Assembly: GCA_005880875.1 (NCBI GenBank)
Contig: VBJI01000083.1
Coordinates: 1-48,452 of the forward strand
Reading direction: 5' to 3'
Length of the DNA: 48,452 bases
Origin: Chloroflexota bacterium
GTDB taxonomy: Bacteria; Chloroflexota; Dormibacteria; CF-121
Shown: positions 42,086-48,452 of the stretch, in pieces
How the letters are laid out: every line of letters begins with the position of its first letter
Position numbering within the stretch: the stretch's first letter is position 1
The notes under the pieces: generated by a model
What the model saw: the letters and a program-made list of their open reading frames with translations, nothing else
What the model was told of the DNA's origin: nothing
Databases searched by the model: none
Position numbers and translations under genes: made by a program

Positions 42086-43300
42086 ATGGCCCGAGTGGTC
42101 ATGCACGTTGACCTCGACGCCTTCTACGCCTCCGTAGAGCAGCTGCGCCGCCCCGAGCTGCGGGGCAAACCCGTGGTCGTTGGTGGCGCCGGCGTGCCTG
42201 GGGAGCGCGGTGTGGTGGCCGCCGCCTCCTATGAAGCTCGACCGTTCGGCGTGCGGTCCGCCATGCCGCTCAGCCGGGCGCGCCGACTCTGCCCAAGCGC
42301 GATCTTCGTCCCCTGCGACTTCACGGCCTATCGCGAGGCATCGAAGGCGGTCTTTGGGATCCTCGACCACTATTCACCATTCATCGAGCCGATCGCCCTC
42401 GACGAGGCCTACCTGGACCTGACCGGGCAGGAGGCGCTCATGGGAACGCCCGAGGCGGTCGCGCTACGGCTGCGGGATGAGGTCAAAGCGCGCTGCGGGC
42501 TCGACCTCAGCATCGGGGTGGCGAGCTGCAAGCTGGTCGCGAAAGTGGCATCCGAGCTGCGCAAGCCCCGCGGGCTGGTCGTCGTCCGTCCGGGGGAGGA
42601 GGCTGGCTTCCTGGCCCCACTGCCGCTGGCGAAGCTCCCCGGTTGCGGTCCCGCCACCGCGCTCCGCCTGGAGCGAGTGGGCGTGCGAACGATCGGTGAC
42701 CTGGCGGCGCTACCCGATCCCCTGCTCGGGGAGCTCTTCGGCCAGTTCGGGCGGGTGCTCGGCGCTCACGCGCGCGGGATAGACCCGAGCCCGGTCTTGC
42801 CGCCCGGCGACCCAAAGAGCATCTCGCGCGAGATCACGTTCGACCGGGACCAGACGGATATCACGAAGGTTCGCGATACCGCGCTGGGCCTGCTGCAGGA
42901 CGTGGGTCGGAGCCTGCGGGCACATGCGCTATCCGCCCGCACGGTCGTGCTGAAGATCCGCTATCAGCCGTTCGACACACAGTCCCGCCAAGCCACGCTG
43001 CCGTTCCCGACGGATCGCGATGACCAGCTGGCTGATGCCCTGCGGCAACTGTTCGAGGCACAACTCGATCGGCGGCGGCCGGTGCGTCTGATCGGCGCGG
43101 GAGTGAGCAATCTCGAGCCCTGCGCGACGCAGCTCAGTCTGCTGGAGGCCCGCTCATCGCGGCGGGCCAACCTTGACGAACGGCTTGACGAGCTGCGGGC
43201 GCGCTATGGCGACCAGGTCATCGTCCGCGGCGCGGCCGTACGCTCGCATCAGAAGGACGTCCGGCGTGACGATCTCGACGCCTTACGCGAGTCCGGTTGA
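42086..43300 (+). CDS. dinB: DNA polymerase IV
   Basis: HVDLDAFYASVE, AASYEAR.FGVRSAMP, ALDEAYLD, AKVAS...KP.G. Confidence 0.96.
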   Translation: MARVVMHVDLDAFYASVEQLRRPELRGKPVVVGGAGVPGERGVVAAASYEARPFGVRSAMPLSRARRLCPSAIFVPCDFTAYREASKAVFGILDHYSPFIEPIALDEAYLDLTGQEALMGTPEAVALRLRDEVKARCGLDLSIGVASCKLVAKVASELRKPRGLVVVRPGEEAGFLAPLPLAKLPGCGPATALRLERVGVRTIGDLAALPDPLLGELFGQFGRVLGAHARGIDPSPVLPPGDPKSISREITFDRDQTDITKVRDTALGLLQDVGRSLRAHALSARTVVLKIRYQPFDTQSRQATLPFPTDRDDQLADALRQLFEAQLDRRRPVRLIGAGVSNLEPCATQLSLLEARSSRRANLDERLDELRARYGDQVIVRGAAVRSHQKDVRRDDLDALRESG

Positions 43301-43785
43301 TGAGCGCCTCAAAGCTCACCCATGTCGACCCGGGCGGCGAAGCCCGGATGGTGGACATCTCGGAGAAACCGGTCACCGTCCGGGAGGCACGCGCGCGCGC
43401 CAGCGTGAAAATGGGCCCGGAGGCGCTGGCCGCCATCCTCGCCGGCAACCTGCCGAAAGGTGAAGTGATCGCTACTGCCCGGATCGCCGGCATCCAGGCG
43501 GCCAAACGCACCAGCGAGCTGATCCCGATGTGCCACCCGCTGGCGCTGACCGTGGTCGATGTTCAGTGCGTAAGCGATCGGGATCTCCCCGGCATCCGGA
43601 TCGAATCGCTGGTCCGCTGCGAGGGGAAGACGGGGGCGGAGATGGAAGCCCTGACCGCGGTGGCCGTGGCGGCGCTCACGGTGGTCGACATGGCCAAGAG
43701 TGCCGACCGTTGGATGACGATCGAGGACATCACCCTGGTGGAAAAGCGGGGCGGCAAAAGCGGACCGCTGCGCCGGCCGGGCTAG
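43297..43785 (+). CDS. moaC: Cyclic pyranopterin monophosphate synthase
   Basis: LTH...GEARMVDISEK, AGIQAAKRTSELIPMCHPL, KTGAEMEALT. Confidence 0.96.
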   Translation: MMSASKLTHVDPGGEARMVDISEKPVTVREARARASVKMGPEALAAILAGNLPKGEVIATARIAGIQAAKRTSELIPMCHPLALTVVDVQCVSDRDLPGIRIESLVRCEGKTGAEMEALTAVAVAALTVVDMAKSADRWMTIEDITLVEKRGGKSGPLRRPG

Positions 43786-45083
43786 CTCTTGATCGCTTTC
43801 ATCGCGGCGTCGTAGGCCTTCTGCATCGGGCCGAACGTCTTGCTTTCGTAGTCAGCCGGCAAGGTCTCCGCCGGGCTCGACATGGCCTTCAGAGCGACCT
43901 GCATGGCATCGGTGTATTTCTTGATGTCCGCGGCATTTTTCGCCTGGATGGCCTGAATCAAACTTTCGGTGTCGCCGAGAAGCTGATTGAAGCTGTTGAG
44001 TTGCTTGGCGATTTGCGGCGGCAGACCCGGGGCTCCGGCCAGCGAGATCGCCGTTTGCATCTTCGCCTGGGCGTCGGGATAGAGCGCCCCCGCGCCGACG
44101 ATATCGTGCTTGGCGAGCGCCGCACCAATCTTCGTATAGTCGATCAGCGCGTCGATGTAGGGCTGAATGACTTTCGTCTCGTTGACGGCGGCGGTCAACG
44201 CCGTGTCGGCTTGCTTCAGGCCGACGAGGGCCGCATCCAGCCGGCGTCGCTCGCTCGTGATATTCGAGGCCTTCGACGGCGTCGCCCACTGAAGCCAGGA
44301 CAGCCGCTGGTCGGCAGTATTCACGGCGGCCTCGTCGGATTGCACCAGGGTCAACCCATCGTTGAACGACTTCCCGAGTTTGTCGAACTGGACCTTCATC
44401 GCCGTCGGATCGTTGGCATTACTCTGCGCCCCCATGAACTGCACCAACACGGCGTCGACCCTGGATTGATGGGAGGCTGCCGCGGTCAGCGCCTGGTCGC
44501 CGGCGGAAATCTGGCTGGACGCCAGCACCGGCGTGATACCGAACAGGACGACCAGCAGGGCGAGGACTCCGGCTAGCCCGTAGACGATCTGCTGCTGGTA
44601 CTGCAGCAGGCCCGGCGGCACGACCACCGGGACCGTGAACGTCTGGCCCAAGACGCGAAGCGTCGTGCCTGCCGGGGCGGCCGCGGCGGGCGGGGCATAG
44701 CTTGGGTACGCCTGACCGTAGGCGCCGGGCTGCGGCGGATACCCCTGAGGGGGTGCATAGCCGGGTGGCGCGTACGACGGGTATTGGGGCGGCGGTCCAC
44801 CGGGGCCGGCCTGGCCCGGATAGCCGGCTGGAGCGCCGGGGTAGGAGGGGGCCTGTGGGTACGCCTGCTGCGGCGGGTAATTCGGTGCGCCGTACGGATA
44901 ACCTGGAGCCTGGCCCGGCACGGATTGGGGCGGGCCTGCCGGAGCCCCGGGGCTATAGCCCGGCGGCGTGTAACTCGCCTGGGGTGGGGGCAGCGGATTG
45001 CGGCAGTTCGCGCACGTCTGGGCGCCCGGTTCGTTCCAGGTCACGCCGCAGTAGGGACACGGAGGCGACTGATAGGCCTGCAT
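43782..45083 (-). CDS. Hypothetical membrane protein: zinc ribbon, Pro/Gly/Tyr/Gln-rich region, TM helix, helical exported domain
   Basis: CPYC-x10-CANC; low-complexity YPxQ/PGY repeats; one TM helix; Ala-rich amphipathic helices. Confidence 0.75.
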   Translation of the reverse strand: MQAYQSPPCPYCGVTWNEPGAQTCANCRNPLPPPQASYTPPGYSPGAPAGPPQSVPGQAPGYPYGAPNYPPQQAYPQAPSYPGAPAGYPGQAGPGGPPPQYPSYAPPGYAPPQGYPPQPGAYGQAYPSYAPPAAAAPAGTTLRVLGQTFTVPVVVPPGLLQYQQQIVYGLAGVLALLVVLFGITPVLASSQISAGDQALTAAASHQSRVDAVLVQFMGAQSNANDPTAMKVQFDKLGKSFNDGLTLVQSDEAAVNTADQRLSWLQWATPSKASNITSERRRLDAALVGLKQADTALTAAVNETKVIQPYIDALIDYTKIGAALAKHDIVGAGALYPDAQAKMQTAISLAGAPGLPPQIAKQLNSFNQLLGDTESLIQAIQAKNAADIKKYTDAMQVALKAMSSPAETLPADYESKTFGPMQKAYDAAMKAIKS

Positions 45084-45153
45084 ACTCGCGCCGCGGCGCT
45101 ACCCCTTCAACTGGAGGGCCTGGGCATTCCTTTCGGCAGGCGCGATGGCGAGA

Positions 45154-46035
45154 TCAGTCGAGCAGCTCGGCCAGGTCAGCGGCGTTTCGAACGGCGTAAT
45201 CGGAATAGCAGTTGTTCATGACGGCGTGCACCTCCGTCGCCTCGCCAGCCATCGTCTGTAGTCGAGGCGCCCAGGCCTGCAACTCGTCGCGCTTGTAGAG
45301 GTACCGGAATTTTTCCGCAGTGCTGATTCCCTTCTTCTCCCAGTTCTCGCGATTGTGCCCGTGGAAGCGAACCATGCCGAGAGGCGCCGTGACCGCAACC
45401 ACGGGCGGCACGCTCGACGCCAGGCCCTGCGGCTCGTCGACCACGACATAGGTGAAGCCGCGGTCTTTGAGGAAACTGAGCACCCGCTGGCGCCGCTCCG
45501 CCGTCATCCACGATCCCTGGCGGAACTCGATGGCGATCCGGAAATCCGGCAGCCACTCGCGGAGGTCTTCCATGAATCGATACGACCCCGGTGCCGGAAG
45601 AAACCACTTCGGGAACTGGAAGACGATGGCGCCCAGCTTGCCGGCGTCCTGCAAGGGTTGCAGCCCTTCGCGAAATCGGTCCCAAACGCTTTCCTTGTCC
45701 TTCGGACCAAGGTCCTTGAAATAGATGTTGGCCTTTGCATTGCCAACCTTCTCGCGCAGGTCTTTCGGCAATCGCGCCGGCGGGGTTGGGTGCTGTGTCA
45801 AGAGCGCATAGGCCTTGGCATTGAACGTGAAGTTCTTTGGTGTGCGCTCCACCCATAGCTCCGCCGTCCGCGGGTTGAGGATCGCGTAGAACGTGCTGTC
45901 GACTTCGACGATCGAAAACTTCGTCGCGTAATAGCGAAGCCGATCCTCCGCCGTCGTCGCCGTCGCGGGATACCACCCGCTCTTCACCAGGGTCGGCTCG
46001 GTCCAGGAGGAGATGCCGGGCCGGATGCGCCCCAT
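45154..46035 (-). CDS. DUF72 (YecE-like) family protein
   Basis: G.SSW, L.YYA..F..VEVDSTFY, FQFP, EFR..SW, RFHG, Y.Y...EL, NN. Confidence 0.92.
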   Translation of the reverse strand: MGRIRPGISSWTEPTLVKSGWYPATATTAEDRLRYYATKFSIVEVDSTFYAILNPRTAELWVERTPKNFTFNAKAYALLTQHPTPPARLPKDLREKVGNAKANIYFKDLGPKDKESVWDRFREGLQPLQDAGKLGAIVFQFPKWFLPAPGSYRFMEDLREWLPDFRIAIEFRQGSWMTAERRQRVLSFLKDRGFTYVVVDEPQGLASSVPPVVAVTAPLGMVRFHGHNRENWEKKGISTAEKFRYLYKRDELQAWAPRLQTMAGEATEVHAVMNNCYSDYAVRNAADLAELLD

Positions 46036-46541
46036 CAGCTTGGACGATGCGCCGTCGGGCTGTCGCTGACCTGGTTGCGCAGGGTGCGAAGCCCGTGCGG
46101 CAGCGCCTCTATTACCGCTTCCAGGCTGTCCGCCACTCCGCGCGGACTGCCGGGGAGCGCCAGCAGCAACGTCCGTCCCACCACCCCGGCGAGTGACCGG
46201 GAGAGCATGGCGTGGGGCGTCTTGCGCAGGCCGGCCGCGCGCATCGCCTCCGCGATGCCGGGGACCGGATAGTCGATCAGCGGTTCGAGCGCCTGTGGGG
46301 TGACGTCACGCGGTCCGAGCCCGGTCCCACCGGTCAACACAATCAGGTCGGGATCGGTGACCCTGAGCCACTCGCGCACCTGACGCTGGATATCGTCGAC
46401 CTCGTCGCTGACGATGGCGCGGCCAACCACGTCGGCGGGCAGGCGGGCCAGGGCTTCGGTGATTTTTTCCCCGCTTTCGTCAACCCGCTCGCCTCGCGCA
46501 CCCTTGGTGCTGACGGTGAGCACACAGGCACGAAACGTCAT
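46035..46541 (-). CDS. MogA/MoaB molybdopterin adenylyltransferase family
   Basis: LTVS....G.R.D.SG, TGGTGLGPRDVTP, LSR, LPGSP. Confidence 0.93.
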   Translation of the reverse strand: MTFRACVLTVSTKGARGERVDESGEKITEALARLPADVVGRAIVSDEVDDIQRQVREWLRVTDPDLIVLTGGTGLGPRDVTPQALEPLIDYPVPGIAEAMRAAGLRKTPHAMLSRSLAGVVGRTLLLALPGSPRGVADSLEAVIEALPHGLRTLRNQVSDSPTAHRPS

Positions 46542-46576
46542 GCCTGCAGTCTAGAAGCGCAACGCCCGACGGCGGG

Positions 46577-46873
46577 TTAGCCTTCGGCTCGCACCGGCCG
46601 GCCCCGGCCAAGCAACCAGCCGGCTTCAAAGCCGACACCGGTGCTGCGACCGGTCATCTCCATGCAGCCGGCGTCGGCTTCGAGCAGCTCGCGATGCATC
46701 ATCTCGGCGATCAGCTCTGGCCGGTCCAGCCCGGGCCGGTAGTCTGGATCCGCAACGCGCTCTGCCAGGATCCCGGCCCCGAACTCGCGTAGCGCGCGAT
46801 GCGCTAGCTGGATCGCTTCCAGGCTACGAGGCCCCAGCTCGCCGCTCACCGCGCGACCCAGGTAGACCTTCAC
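46577..46873 (-). CDS. Nucleoside 2-deoxyribosyltransferase/DNPH1-like protein, probably C-terminally truncated
   Basis: MKVYL...; L.EAD....E....STGVGFEAGW...RGRPV, then a stop after 4 more residues. Confidence 0.6.
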   Translation of the reverse strand: MKVYLGRAVSGELGPRSLEAIQLAHRALREFGAGILAERVADPDYRPGLDRPELIAEMMHRELLEADAGCMEMTGRSTGVGFEAGWLLGRGRPVRAEG

Positions 46874-47013
46874 GGTCGGAGCACTTTGGGAACCGACTTT
46901 GCTTTCGGACGCCAGAGACCGACCATCAACAGCACCAGCCCCAGCACGGGGTCAAGGGGCAGGATGATGCCCCCTAACAGCGCACTCAGCCAGCGCGGCC
47001 GAAACCGCCGCAT
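46870..47013 (-). CDS. 47-aa small membrane protein
   Basis: MRRFRPRWLSALLGGIILPLDPVLGLVLLMVGLWRPKAKSVPKVLRP; GATAAT 6 nt before the ATG; GTGA overlap with the next gene. Confidence 0.55.
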   Translation of the reverse strand: MRRFRPRWLSALLGGIILPLDPVLGLVLLMVGLWRPKAKSVPKVLRP

Positions 47014-47020
47014 GGCCGGA

Positions 47021-47383
47021 TTATCCGCCATCGCCACCAGCCGTGCCCGTCGGTTTCGAACCCATGGCGTCGGCCGGCTCGTCTTCGACATCGATGCCAT
47101 CCTCATCGTCATGATGGGCGTTGTCAGCACCGGCGTCGTCCTTATGACGCCGTGCCGGTCGCTCGGCCGAGAGTGAGCGGACATCGAGCCCCTGGCGGAG
47201 AAGATGAATGCTCTCCAGGAAGGACAGCCGTTCCACCAGCCAGCCGACCCGGTAGTGCACCGCAAACCAGGTTTCGTGAGAGGGCGGGTGGCGGTGACGC
47301 CGCCGCCATCGACCGACGGCCTCCTTGAACGTTGGGGCAAAACCGCCTTCGCCTCGTCGCTCCACTCCTTGATTGGCGGGCAC
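47021..47383 (-). CDS. Hypothetical protein (120 aa, acidic tail)
   Basis: TAGAAT 6 nt before GTG 47383; fills the gap between neighbours. Confidence 0.5.
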   Translation of the reverse strand: MPANQGVERRGEGGFAPTFKEAVGRWRRRHRHPPSHETWFAVHYRVGWLVERLSFLESIHLLRQGLDVRSLSAERPARRHKDDAGADNAHHDDEDGIDVEDEPADAMGSKPTGTAGGDGG

Positions 47384-47455
47384 GGACGGATTCTAGATCT
47401 CGGTCGGTTCGACGCCTGTTGACGCCTCGAGGCGGCGAATCGCGATAATGCCGGG

Positions 47456-48280
47456 GTGCGGCTGAGCGAGATCATGGCGCTGGCCAATGGCCTCGCGGGC
47501 TGCTCGGAAACGCCGTCCGACTCCCAGGTGTACGTCGACGGCGAGGTGCGCCGGGTTTTCGTCGGCATCGACGTGGACGTCAGCGAGCTACTGCTGGCTC
47601 GCGACCTCGGCGTCGATGGAGTGATCGCCCACCATCCGATCGGCTCGCGGGCGCGGCTCGGCCTGCCCGAGGTCATCGAGCGGCACGAGGCGCAGATGCG
47701 CGTCGCGGGGGTCCCCGAACCGCTCGCCCACGAGATGATGCTGGCTCGCCAGCGGCCGGTTGCGCACGGACTGCACACGACGAACTACGACCGGGTGGTC
47801 GATGCGGCGCGGCAGTTGAAGATGCCTGTGATGAACATTCACCTGGCGGCCGACATCATCGGTCGGCGGTTTTTCATCGAGTTCGTCAACCGGGTGGTCG
47901 ATGGCGAGACGACGACGGTCGGCGGCTTGATCACGGAGCTCAAGACGATCCCGGAGATGGAGGCGTCTTTAGTGCAGCCGGAGCTCTGGCTGGGATCCTC
48001 GGATAACCCGGTGGGACGATGGGTGGTGCAAATGGCGGCCGGAACAAATGGTGGCGCGCCGGTCTTTCGCACGTATTATGAGCACGGCTATGACACGATC
48101 CTGGCCATGCACGTCGACGAGCGGGACCTGCGCGAGCTCGAGCAGCTCCAGCGCCCGGGTGCGAACCTGGTGATCACGGGGCACATGCCGAGTGACTCGA
48201 TCGGCATGAATCGCGTCATCAGCGCGCTGGAGCAGCAGGGCGTCGAAGTTATCGCCGGCTCCGGAGTTATACGGGTTTAG
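47456..48280 (+). CDS. Nif3/YbgI-like dinuclear metal-centre protein
   Basis: VRRVFVGID, IAHHP, MNIH...D, GHMPSDSIGMN. Confidence 0.75.
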   Translation: MRLSEIMALANGLAGCSETPSDSQVYVDGEVRRVFVGIDVDVSELLLARDLGVDGVIAHHPIGSRARLGLPEVIERHEAQMRVAGVPEPLAHEMMLARQRPVAHGLHTTNYDRVVDAARQLKMPVMNIHLAADIIGRRFFIEFVNRVVDGETTTVGGLITELKTIPEMEASLVQPELWLGSSDNPVGRWVVQMAAGTNGGAPVFRTYYEHGYDTILAMHVDERDLRELEQLQRPGANLVITGHMPSDSIGMNRVISALEQQGVEVIAGSGVIRV

Positions 48281-48301
48281 ACCACCATCGAGGAGGACCG
48301 C

Positions 48302-48452
48302 TTGGACGCACAACCTCGCGCATACGGCAATGAAGCGGAGCGTCGCTATCACCTCCGACGGCTCGACGACCTTCTGGAAGCGCTGGAGCGGCTCAATCTC
48401 GCGGAGGCCAAGGAACTCCCGGTGGCCGTCAAAGAGCGGATCGAGAAAGAAG
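48302..48452 (+). CDS. Hypothetical protein, 5' part (runs off the right edge)
   Basis: GAGGAGG RBS then TTG; MDAQPRAYGNEAERRYHLRRLDDLLEALERLNL..., open to the window end. Confidence 0.65.
   Translation, partial: MDAQPRAYGNEAERRYHLRRLDDLLEALERLNLAEAKELPVAVKERIEKE

Noticed and set aside
44680-45000. Repetitive GC-rich DNA
   Set aside because: Explained by the Pro/Gly/Tyr/Gln low-complexity coding region.

Overview
GC-rich, tightly packed bacterial chromosome segment with about 50 genes and many 1-4 nt gene overlaps. Gene content suggests a Terrabacteria lineage, plausibly Chloroflexota/Ca. Dormibacterota (inference only). Most genes are housekeeping: an OmpR-family two-component pair, purA, dnaB with a 417-aa LAGLIDADG intein, rplI, a CCA-type nucleotidyltransferase, ROK kinase, selA/selB, ychF, nfo, dinB, moaC/mogA, transporters and hydrolases. 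I saw no rRNA, tRNA, CRISPR array or transposase. Best candidates for new biology: (1) an operon at 24.4-27.1 kb encoding a T4SS-type pilin, a VirB6/TrbL-like protein, an M23 peptidase, a tail-less SSB and an acidic micro-peptide, with no VirB4, coupling protein, relaxase or integrase in the window; (2) two candidate sRNAs with a long closing stem and the same anti-Shine-Dalgarno 8-mer CCCCUCCU, in a window where many mRNAs look leaderless; (3) a tandem pseudo-TK/TK thymidine kinase; (4) a stand-alone RnfD/NqrB homologue lacking the FMN-carrying Thr; (5) ychF that apparently must start at AUU; (6) an LprG/P55-like pair coupled to selAB. Four genes (rplI, an ABC ATPase, an MBL hydrolase, an NDT-like protein) appear to lack a segment, which may be assembly error. 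All calls come from reading motifs by eye; no database searches were run.
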